Origin: Guillardia theta CCMP2712 | Lineage: Eukaryota > Protista > Cryptophyta | Length of the DNA: 64,000 nucleotides | Reading direction: 5' to 3' | Assembly (NCBI RefSeq): GCF_000315625.1 | Contig: NW_005434596.1 | Span: 172,360-236,359, forward strand | Shown: piece after piece, positions 36,101-47,900 of the stretch | How the letters are laid out: every line of letters begins with the position of its first letter | How positions within the stretch are numbered: position 1 is the stretch's first letter | The notes under the pieces: model-generated | Told to the model about the DNA's origin: nothing | Seen by the model: the letters and a program-made list of their open reading frames with translations, nothing else | Database searches by the model: none | Translations under genes and position numbers: made by a program

Positions 36101-39100
36101 CAGTTCAGCATCGCATGCCCAATTTCTCGTTTGATTGCATGGATGAAAGTGATGTACTCGTGAAGGTGACAGCAAAGGTTGTCATGTGACTCACCGACAA
36201 CCAGGCGCTGTTTGCGCGGTCACTCCAAGTCTCTCCAAGGATCTGCAAAGGGCCCATGAGGAACACGAATGATCTCACAGCCCATCCAACCTCTTGCACA
36301 GTGCAGATGAGGGCGTTTCCGAACGGTCCGAGGTATTCCGATCGAACGCCGTAACGGATGTGACGAATGGTCAACTCGAAGAGCTGCTCGAAGAACCCCT
36401 GGAAGAGGCTTGAGATCGCAGCACAGCAGGGGAGGAAAGTACCTCGGGGTCAGATATACTCATCATAAGCATTGCCATGATGTGATGGATCAAATGGCCC
36501 CACCTGTGGCCACGAAGTCAGGAGGTGTATGTGTAAGCAGAAAATAGTTTTGTACATCTTGAGGGAGCGACGGAAGAGATGAGTTTGTTCCGGCGACTAT
36601 ATCAAAGTTCTGATTAGTTGAAGGAGACGACGAGAGCAAGGTGCTGCATACCAAATCGTTCAAGTGCTTCCAGAAGATCTTTCCAAGCTCCTGCAAATTT
36701 GAGTATCAGCACACAGCAATACAAAGTGGAGTATCTTCGTGAACCTCGACGTCAGTGCGCTGTTTCACAGTCTCCCAGCTGAGCATAACAACTTCGTTCC
36801 TCTTTGACTCGAAGCCAAGAAGTTCGCCAGAGAGTGCCTTGAAGGTAGAATTCAGCTATTCATCGCCATCAACCCATCCGGTTCAACCTTCGAGATCGAC
36901 CTCCAATACCATCGGAACGAATCATTGACGATATTGGTCCATCTGCCAACAACCAGTCATTCTTGTAGAACATCGACTTCATCCGCATTGCCTGTCCTTG
37001 CCCAAAGTCGCCTTCGCTGCATTCTCAAATGCCTCCCCGACAGTGGGGACGTGCGAGGCCCTCATGCCCCTGCCGATCTTGCTAAGTGGATTGCAAACGT
37101 CCTCTACGTCTTTACCATCTGTACAGCCGAGGAGCAAAGATGTAAACTTGTTCGATTTGCTGCTCAGGCTCCCAGACGAGTTTTGCCGCTGCCATGATAA
37201 ACCCTAAGATATTCTTGACAAGCTCTTCCTGATATGACACGAAAGTTTCAGAAATTAAGAAAACCTGCAGGATGGGAAATCAAAGTAGCTTTCGCACCAC
37301 AGCTTCTTCGTTGATAGCAATCCCAAGAATGGAGCGATTTTGTTTGCCCCCAGTCCCGTCTAGACGATGAAGAGTTACAATCCCAGACAGAATCATGAGC
37401 AAGGCAGCATCATTTGAATAGAGCAGCACTCACTTTGTCCATTCTCATTGCCTTGAGGTTTCTTCTGCGCACTGACATTGAGGAGATGTGAAACCTGAAT
37501 ACGTTTAAAACACGCAATGATGAAAAATTGCAAGACTTCTACCTCCGATGCATTGGCATTCCCGTACTTTGAGTTTCCCTTATCTTTTTTTGGCTTTTTC
37601 GTCTTGTCAGTGTCCATGATTCCTCCATTGATCTTCAACATGGACAGGGAGAGGAGCTCCTCGAAGATAGACGGGCAAGTAACCGACAACTCCGCACGTA
37701 AAATCTTGAGCAAGTTGTCCTGGTTGCCTGGCTCCTCTAGGAATTTAACGCTTTCCTCCATCACGCCAGCAAAGTTCTCGCCATCCTGTATGGCCTCCGA
37801 CATGCTCTCACAAACCATTGAGAAGACCACCCCCCAGGCTTTCTCGACTTCTGGGGTCCAGTCCGGTCCAGCGGCTTCAGAGAGCACACTCATGAAAACA
37901 GGCCCCATCAAGGGGATGTGGTGAGGCCTTACTCTATATTTTACGTGTCTGAGGCCCAAGCAAGAGACCTGCTGCTTCATGTTGTCGGGATCGTCGGCGA
38001 AGGAAACGAGCATACCGAGCATGTCACCCATCTTCACTGCCATGTAAACACGCGGTTGGGTGAAGAGAGATGCGACATTGGGTGCCAATCGGAACAGATG
38101 ATCATACACCATCTCACCAAGATCACTTGGCTCATAGTGCTCCATGATAATATCCCAGCAATCTCTAACAATGGAAAGAGTTGATCCAACATCCTTCAAC
38201 GATTGCTCCAAAGCCTCAGAGAGATAATTCCACATCCAAGACCATGCTCTTCGCTCTTCTGGCAGAAAATCATCTGCCAGAGCGGCCCTGAACACTCCAA
38301 GTACCACATCTTTCATCAAGGGCATCTGGCTACCCTTCACACCTTTACGATGGTGCATTGGGGCCAATTCAGCGATCTTCACATAGATGCTTGCTGGCGA
38401 TTGTACGTTCTCTACAATGCTCGAGAGCATGTCAACAAATTTGGTTCCCTGCACTGAACTGTTTGTGAAGCGAAAAAGAGGCTCCAACTCATCATTATCA
38501 CGGACAGAGGAATAAATGCTCGATCCGATTTCAGTGTAAGACATGCTCTTCAGAACTTTGTTCCAAGAGGCAACCACATGCCCAGAATGCTGAATCCATT
38601 TCCCCATGTCCACTGGAGGTGCTTTGCCAAACTTGACATTCACATTCCTTTTCCTGTGTCTACTTGGGCGGTAGACACCGCCTGCCTTGTTCAAGTTGGT
38701 TCCACGATAACGACTGTTGGAACGACTCATATCGCTCTGGCTGTAGTTGTCCTTGCTGTAGCTCGAGGCAGTGTTCTTCGATTTCACTGAGCGGCTCTCC
38801 CGCGAATGCATCGACCTTGGACTAGTATTCTGCATGCCCATGATTGCAAAAGAAGACGCAAAGGAGCCAGCAGTCCTAGTATCAGACTTGAACGAGTGGG
38901 TACTGTCGATCACAGGTTTGGGGTATACCCCCCCTCCGCCAAGTCCATTTTCATTCAAATGGTTCTTCTCACCTGCGTCAGAATCTGCAGCTTCTTCTTC
39001 TTTGCTCTCATGCAGTGCAGCAAGGGCCATGAATGGGCAGCCCCCACCACCCTGCTTCAGCATATCCTCGTCTACGCCATTCACGGTAGGGTGATGTTCA

Positions 39101-39492
39101 GGCAGCTTCAAAGGAGGAACAGGAAGAACATGCTTCTCGCTAGACACACGCTTCGCCCCATCATCATGAATTGCTGCAGATCCGTTCTCTGACATGCCCA
39201 CATCGGCTACAAACATGTCTACAAGTCGCCACTGAGCTTTCAAGCTGTGCGTACGCATGAAACTATCGGTTGCTTCCTTTCCGTTGCTGCTGCGAAGGAT
39301 ACCAGATCCACCAGGGTGCTCTCGAAGGAAGCTGGTGACGTCAAAGACCATATTGTGGATTATAAGAAGACATTTCGAGTCAGATGACTTCTCAGAAACT
39401 TGCTGTTTCGACCACACTGGGTTTCCCAGCGTCGTTCGCTTTCTGTCGATTGCAGTGAGTATGTCAGCATTTAGCGCCTTGCCTGCAGACAT
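33104..39492 (-). CDS. Cytochrome b5-globin(x4)-TRPV-like ion channel, paralog A
   Basis: b5 motif VFDVTSFLREHPGG...DSFMRTHS; globins with LAPMHHRKGV, LGLRHVKYRV and LTIRHIRYGV; pre-S1 HPAVCKTLDLKWKKFG; S6 VTVGMLNILIAQLTITYDKL; TRP-box-like KHRASICLDIESFLP. Exons are collinear with paralog B. Confidence 0.88.
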
Positions 39493-41989
39493 CTTGGCTG
39501 TTCCAGTCAAAAACCTTCCCGAGAAATGGGACGATCAGCCGAAAGCACGCCGCAAGCTTTGCAACGGTGAGCTTTGCCTCGTCCTCTTAGGGGTTTCAGG
39601 GGGAATAACACACTGACCAATGACAAAGTTGAGAGAACGGGAGCTTTCAAAGAAGAAGAGAGTTGTAGAATGAAGATCGAGCTTAATATCAAGACGAGAG
39701 GAGAATTCAAGTCTTATGATAGGGATTTGTACAGCACCGCTACCTCTACTTCACTCCACCATTGCAACCATGCAGGTCGTATACCCAAAGTCCGGTTACC
39801 GGGGGTCGTCGAAGGAGCGAGTGGGGGTGGGTGGTGGTTGGCGTGTTTGCCAGTAAATTCTTCTTCGCTGACTGGGTGGGGGTAGTATTCACTCATCGCG
39901 AACCGGTGCTTTGCACTTACAATACAGGGGTGTAAAAATATCAAGGTGCAAGAACCATCACCGGTAGTGTCCTAAATGCGAGTCATTGGTGGGTAGGGTT
40001 GAAATTGAGGAAACGGAGTCACCACAGGACTGTCGCCAAGAGGTGCGAAACAATGGGATCTAGTGGGGTGGGGTGGCAGGTCAGGGTGGTAGGGGTGGTA
40101 TGCACAATGAGGAGGCGGGACCACAGTAAAATATAAAACTTTTTTTAGTATTACAGGTACGGTTGTACGAAGATACCGTGGGATTGTGTTTTGAAAATTC
40201 TTTTAAAGAACCCCTTGGCTCCCAAAGGCCCCCCACCCTGCAGCCGATTTTAATGTGGTAGGGTGGGGTCCATGGGTCCACAACGTGACGACCTGCAGAG
40301 CTTTTTCAACCTGGGTGGGGTCTGCAGGTCTCCTAAGAGCATGACTAAGTAAAATGCCAGGACGGCTGAACAGACATAGTCAGGAAGGGCACTCTTGTCC
40401 TTTCCCCGAACCGATGCGTTAGCTTGTCCGTCCGTGAGATATTATTGTTTTTGGCAAGGATATCATGCGCCCCGCCACCCCTACCCTGCTCTTCAAGGTT
40501 CCGACAGTCACCTCTGGTGATACAGTGGTAAAATCTCCCGGAGGTGAATAAACTTCCGGGGTGGGATAGTGAGAACGGGGGGGTCCTATCAGCGGGGGTC
40601 ATTGTGAGTAACTGTACATCGGGGGAGGGGGAGAGGGGAGGGCAGGGGGTTGAGACTGGGTGGCCTCCGGGCGTCCCTGGCCCTCGGGAATGACGAAGGG
40701 AATTCTCCTGCACCCCTATTTGGACGGGTGGGTGGTGGGGTCGTAACAAGAGTGTTACTTTTCGAACCAAAAAAGGAATATCCCAAAAGAGAACCTTTCG
40801 AGAAATTTGGGAAGCCGGGGACGGATGGGTGGTGTCAGCTTCTTGTCACATCTCGGTATCTCCAGATGGACCCATGTGACGTGTGGTACCCCACCCTTGC
40901 CGAAACCCCATGATACATGGGGTGCGGCGTATCTTTTAAAATGTTTCTAATCTTAAAAGATACTTTACGACTGCCTCCTTGCAAGGGACCCGAATCCTTC
41001 CTGTTCTGTTTGTGCTTACCCCGAAGTTTTGTCAAGTACCCACCCCACTAGAGACCATTCCTTCCTGACCCCCACCCACCTTTATGGTAAAACTTACCCG
41101 TGTTCCTACCATTGCGTCCCACCTACCCATATGTGTACCTGGCCACCCGGGGCGATACAACCCTGTCCCTATCACCCACCAACGGCCTCCTCATATTCGG
41201 TACACAGTACCCCTACCCCCCTGCTCCCAAAGAATGTACACTCATGGACCACCCACCACCTGGCAAAACAGCGGTCTTAATCATCCACTATGGCGAGAGA
41301 AGATTATGAGAAGATTATGAGAAGGGTTATGCGCAGGGAAAAAGAGGACAGGACAGGACACAAGCTCATGGAGTAGACGGAAATGGGCTTACCTGCTGAT
41401 GATGTTGATGACGCAGAACGAGGAGGGCTCTTGAGAGTAATGCAGGGGGAGAAGCTGGACGTCCTAAGTGAAAATGGACTAATATGATTACTGGTGTTAT
41501 CAGGAAAGGATAATGGCACGACCCTCAAGTGGTAGATCAACACGCAGTTGATACTCTGTTGTGTTTGCTTGTGCAAGCAATATGAATGCAAGCACAAGAT
41601 AAGGAGGAATTCAGAATGGACGTGGCGGTAGTAGAACTCGAAACAGTGAATCATGAAAGGCTTCAAGAAAGGCTTCGGTGTGTTTCTCTGTCTTTCATCA
41701 GTTTTCCAACATGTCGAGGTCATAAGTTGTAGGAAAGCTAGAGCATTGGCCATATTAGACCATGGAGGAAAATAGATAGACGTGGCAGACCTTACTAGTG
41801 TTACTAGTCTCATGTTTTTGTTGCGAAATAATGCTCACACTGTGTCGCCAACCTGCTAATCGTTACTGCCAGGAGATGAGCAGCAAGTGAATCGGTTTGC
41901 ATCTCGGAGGATCTTGTTATAAGCTTTGATCTGTGTTTCTTTACCGTGGAGCTCAGACAGTGTGGTAGTATCCCGAGCCATCAGTCAGG

Positions 41990-44900
41990 ATGGACTTTCA
42001 CGCCATGAGACTCCCTGAAGATGTTTTGGAGAAGATCCAGGATGAGCGAGACAGGCTCGGCCATCCTGTGCTCACAGATGCTGATCTCGTTGAAGCACGA
42101 TCCGAAGGGAAGATGTTGATCATCATTGCCGGGATGGTCTTCGACGTGACCAAGTTCCTCGAGGAACACCCAGGGGGCTTCGAGGCGCTCGAGCGCCACA
42201 TTGGAAGAGATGCCTCTGATCCTTTCTTCGAGCGCCATGACAACCCTGCTTTCCAGCTGTTGCCGAGGTATTACTATGCCGACTATGCTGCTGATGATGG
42301 TACGGCTGCGTTTGGCGAGCTGCCAATCCTGAGGGAGGAGAGCGGCGAGACCTCGATGAACGAAGACGAGGCCACTGCAGATGCTGAGCTCAAGGCACGC
42401 ACTGATGAATCCCATGAGGATCATCATGAAGATCAGGACGATGAACGCGCTGGTTCGGGTTACAAGGAAGATCTGCCCGAGGGCGTAACTGAAACTGCGG
42501 GTGCCGCAGGCCCTTCGCAGGAGGGAGTAGTACCTGCCATGGTTTTGGATGCAAAAGAGAATGGTGTGCTGGAAAATGGATCTTCAGAGGAAGCGCATTC
42601 GGAGGTAGATTCAAAGCCTGATGAGGAGGAGAAAAGGAAAAATTCCAAGGATGATGACAAGCACAGTGTAGCTACAACAGAGTGCAACCAGCCGCCGACT
42701 CTGAACATTCCTGCAACAGGATGTCCTTTTATGGCTCTAGCGATGCTCAAAGAAGCAGGCCACGAACCCGTCACACCTAGCAAGACCATGTCGAGAACGG
42801 GAAGCTTCAAAATGAGATCAGGCTCAGACGACATGACTTCGAATAATCCGTATGGCTCTTTCAGTTCTTTTCCGAACAAAGCGACTGAGTCACCGAGATC
42901 GGTCAGATCTCGAGAAGATCTCTCTTCCTCGAGGCCCACCACAACTAAGAACAGCAGCAGCATGAACTCAAGGTCTCGCAAGGGCAGGGGAACTAACATC
43001 AACAAGGCTGGAGGTGTGTTCCGTGGACAAATGCACCGCAAACGGCGTCTCGCCAAGCTGAAGAAGGCTCCTCCTATCGATCAGTACCTATGGGACCTGC
43101 ACTCTGCTCGTATTGCATCAAGTTGGACCGAGTTGGTGAAGAAGTCGGATTACGCAGAGATCGGACGTCGCATTTATGGCTCAGTGAAGGCGAACGACAC
43201 TTTGGAACCTCTCTTTCGCTTCACAAACCAAACTGTGCAAGGCACAAAATTCGTTGATATGCTCTCCAGCATCGTTGAGAACATCAACAACCCGCAGACT
43301 ATCTTTGAAAAAGTGAACGAGCTGGCCCCGATGCATCACAGGAAAGGTGTGAAGGCAGCGCACATGCCAATAATGAAGGGCATTATTGTTTCGTTGCTGA
43401 AGCATGTGCTCGGAGACGAATTCACCAACGAGGATGAAGAAGCTTGGAATTGGATATGGCAGTATCTCACACAGATTCTCGATCAGTCCTTGCAGGATGT
43501 TGGCTCCAACTTGGGTCTCGTAAGAGAATGCTGGGACTCAATTTGTGAACAGTACACGACAAATGAACTTGGTGAGATGGTGTACGACCATTTGTTCAAG
43601 ATGGCTCCAAACCTGACAATGTTGTTCACGAAACCAAGATCGTACATGGCTGTGAAGATGGGCGACATGTTGTCCATGCTCGTGTCCTTCGCCGACAGCT
43701 CTGAATCGATGAAGCAGCAGATTTCATGGCTGGGTTTGCGCCACGTCAAGTACAAGATCAGACCCCATCACATCCCGCTGATGGGACCGGTCTTCCTTGC
43801 TGTTGTGGCAGAAGCAGCTGGTGTGCACTGGTCGCAAGACACAGAGAAGGCGTGGTCTGTCCTCTTCAATATGGTTTGTGTCAACATGGCAGATGCGATA
43901 CAGGAGGGGGAGGAGTATGCAGAGGCTCTAGAGAAGGCGATCGGAATCTTGAAGGAGCAGGTGGACGCGACCAGCATGGTGGCAACGATCAGAGCAGAGC
44001 TGGCGACCAACTGCCCTTCCATGTTCGACGACGAGGCGAGCTCTGGGTCCAAGGGGTTGTCGAGGCTGAAACGTAGCGGACGGCTCATGTCGGTCTCATC
44101 CGGCAACCCAAGCAATGAGTCGGTCAAGTCAGGCTCGGATAGGAGGGGAAGCGTTCCCGATCTTGCGTTGCATGATGTGAGTATCTTGCAGTGTAGTGCG
44201 CTGTACTGAAAGAGATGTCAAAAGGTTTCGCATCTCCTTCATGCCAGTGCTGCGAAAAAGAAAGAGCCAGAAAGTGAGACGATTGCTCTGAGTGATTTGT
44301 AGCTTGTTTGATGATGAGAACTCCAGGGAAGCTGAGTACAACCGGAACGTCCCGACCGAATGCGAACACTTTTGAAGGGATGGCGGAGGAAACGACCGTG
44401 AACATCATCGAGAGCGTGTACGACTTCTTCCTGGAGACCGGACAGAATGTTTGGGACCCTGAGAAGCAGATGGAAATTGTTGCGATCTGTGCTCCTCGCC
44501 TGTTTGCATGGTTGATCCTGAACTCCAAGTGGAGCGGAAAGTTGACCTGGACCATGGCAGGGGCATGAGGGAGAAGCATCTGAAAGATGTATGGTTGGCG
44601 ATCGAGCGAGCAATCACCAAGACTGCGGAGAGCCTGTAACAATGTCGTGCTCTCGCCTCACTGGTTCTGAACTGTTTGTCAGGTTCGATGAGAGGATGAT
44701 AAGCTCCCTTCGCTGGTTCTGGAAAAGCATCTCCGAGGTGACCTTTCCCCAGTTGTGCCTCCGAGCTCTGCAATTCTTTGCCATGGCTCGCGTTGCCGAT
44801 TAATGCTGCCAGCTAATAGAGATTGTGCTGTCCTCTGTCTCCAGTGTTGGCAACTGTGCTCCATGTTATTTCCTTGTACGTGGTCCTGGATCTGAGATCT

Positions 44901-47900
44901 CCTTCACCTACCCAGGCATTGCAAGAAGAGTTCAACGCCTCTGAGAACGGCTACAACGACCTGGTCTTGAGCAGCTGGGATATTGTCAGACAGAGAACGG
45001 AAGTGCAGGAGCTTGGGGAGAAGTTCTGGAAGTATCTCAACTGCATGGTTGCCCTCATGACTTGTCTCCCCTCCGTGTGATCCCTGCTTGCAGAGCCCTG
45101 AGCAGACGAACCTGTTCCGCCGATCGCTGAGCATGTGGGGCCATCTGCTTCACCATATCGTGAACATGCTGCTCATCAGCATTACAGACCCCGAGGTACA
45201 GCCCTCCTCCAGCTTGCATCCTACTCCTCTCTCCATTCTCCTTCTGCCATTGCTGCCCTGGTCTTCTTCCTTTCTTCTCCTCCTCTCCCTTCAGCGTCCA
45301 TAGATTTTCATGAAGGAGTATAGATCCTTCTCCATTTCCTCTACCTTCTGCCACCTGCTGCAAGCTTATGTTGTCATTTCAGGAGTATTATGACCTCATG
45401 TTTGAGCTCACTATCCGCCACATCCGCTATGGAGTTCGCTCCGAATATTTGAATCCTTTCGGAAACGCCTTGTTCGCAACCTTCGAAGAGGTTCTTTCCC
45501 GCCTCTTTGATCTACTTCCTCTCCTTTACGCTCTCTCTCCCTCGATGCTTCTTCTCGAACCTTTCTTCATCCTTGCCTTTGACCCTTCCCTTCCCTTCCC
45601 TTGCATCTTCTTCTGAACCCGACGAAATCAGATTCTTTCCGATGTCTGGGAAGAGAAGACGACGAAGGCGTGGAAGCTGGTGAGCTGACGAACAAACAAG
45701 GCACTCCGAGTGACATGATGATGAAGGTTTGGAAGAGAGCCACATGCAACATGTCAAGAGGGCTGAACATGGGAGGCAACGCGATCACGCAAGCTCTAGT
45801 AGAAGGGAACGTGGAGGCGCTACAGGACGCCATCAGCTCGGCTCCCCGCAGCAAGAGAGCAGAGTGGTTATGTCAGGTGATGACGAGGGAGATTTATTTC
45901 TTGGTGGTGGTGGTGAGGCGCATGAACGCTGCGACATAATGATGAAAGAGGCGATGATGGATGGGATGGTGTTGTGGATTCACTATCAGACCTGTTCTGT
46001 TCATGTCTGACTCTCTTGTCTCCCCTGCTGTAGATTGATATCAACGGCGCCATCATCTCCCCCTTGATCTGGGCGATGCACGATGGAAAGACAGCGATCG
46101 TAGACTTCATCTTAAGGTGGTGTCTTTTTCTGTACCCCTGCCAATGTTTTGATTGGTCTCCGTTACAGCGACCTGCTCACTATCCGAGCGGACATCCATG
46201 GATACTACTACGGGAGGGAGGAGCTCTTCAAGTACCACGATGATCTGATTGGAGAGATCTTGCGGGAGGCTCCTGACTCGATGACCGTCCTCCTGGACGG
46301 GCTCATGTGGCACTCCAAGGAGAAGCTGATGGGACGATTGGTAGGAAGATTTCCTTGCGCAGGAGGATGGGAGGCGTTGGGGTGATAGGGGCGTTGGATC
46401 ATATGTCCTTTCGGATCCTACTGCTCGAATATCACCTTGGTTGCTGTTGCAGCTTTGTGAAGATGATGATGATGATGATGATGAACATAGAGAGGTGATG
46501 ATCACGACGATCGTTGACCGAAATGCAGGTGAGAGTGAACTACTATATCAAAGACGTGTACGGTGAACCTAGAGAAAACGTCGACTCCTGGGCTTCACCT
46601 CTAGGACGTTTCATCGTGCTGGGTGAAGAGAACCTTCTGATTGTCTTCCATTCTCCCTGATTAACTGCTCATTGTAGGCGATAACCACACGTTCCTGCAT
46701 CCGATTGTCAAACAGACTCTGCAGCTCAAGTGGCAGAAGTTTGGTCTGTTCCTCTTCTGCTTGAAGGAGGTCTGGTACCTCGGCATGCTCATCACGTTCA
46801 TGGTTGGCCATGTGCAAGACCCGAGCGGGTGCATAGGAAGGCTGCAAGTGAGATCGTTTGTTTGAGATGCTGTTGCCATGTAGAGGACTTGTTGACCTTA
46901 GTGGCTGGATGCGCTTCTCCTCTTTGTGTGTTGAGGCTCGATGTGCGAAGTGTGCGAGTTGTTGGATGAGAGGACGTCTGTACTGTTGTCGCAACGACCT
47001 TGTTGCTGTCATGGCCCCATCATCCCTTCATTTGACTTTGAACCGTCTGCAGAAAGATCGTATTGCCCTCTCCGTCATGGCAGTTGTCACTCTGGGCGTT
47101 CAGGTGAGCCGCAACTTGCAGTGCTTGTCAAACTTTTTCTCAGCTCCTTTCGTGGCAGATGAAAATGGTCATGACGCACTTTGTCAAGCGGCTGTGCATC
47201 ACGTATCAGATCGGCTCCTTCGAGATTATAGTCCCTCGTTGTCTGGCGAGCATCTGGACGCTTGTCAGGATCACTTCCTGTGTTCTCCTTATCTACGTCA
47301 TGTCACGCGATGTAAGATGCATCTCTTCTTTCTCTGCTCTTCTCTTCCTGCCCTTCTACCTCTTCTATCTCCAACTTCTACTCTCCCCTTTCTCCTCCTA
47401 CGAATAGTCCTTGTTCTCTCCTGGCGTCCTCCTGCTCTTTGACATTCTTTTCAATTCATTTCCATCGCATGATCATTGCTCTCCAGGGATGCAATCACTG
47501 CGTGAACAACCCGACGTCTGCTTCCTGCACCAACATCACCAACACCTCTACCCGAGCAGGTGCTGTTGGTGCAGTCGCACATTTGTGCATAACTCTGCCT
47601 TTTAACTCCTCCTCTCAGAGTACTGGGATGAACCTGCGGACAACTTCGGCATGTTGGAGCAGTTCAGCCTCCTTGCAGCCAAGGCCAAGGGCGACACAGG
47701 AGTAGCGACGGCCACTACACTGGCTTCATCCAAGGATCGATCCGCCATGGCGTTTGTTGGTGTTCTCCTGTGGATTCAGATGTTCCAGGTCTGTTCCTAC
47801 TGCAGGGGAGGGAGTGAGGGGGAAGAAAGCTCTAAACTTTCTTGCAGGCTTGCATTCTGTCAACACCTCTCGCTGCTTTTACCTATACCATTGGCATCAT

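Noticed and set aside
37393-39510. Reading the b5+globin ORFs as flavohaemoglobin or nitrate reductase fragments
   Set aside because: No FAD/NAD-binding reductase or Mo-binding domain follows; the downstream exons encode further globins and a channel.
40290-40330. 10-bp inverted repeat GACCTGCAGA/TCTGCAGGTC in the globin-TRP spacer
   Set aside because: Too short and isolated to support an element or structured RNA call.
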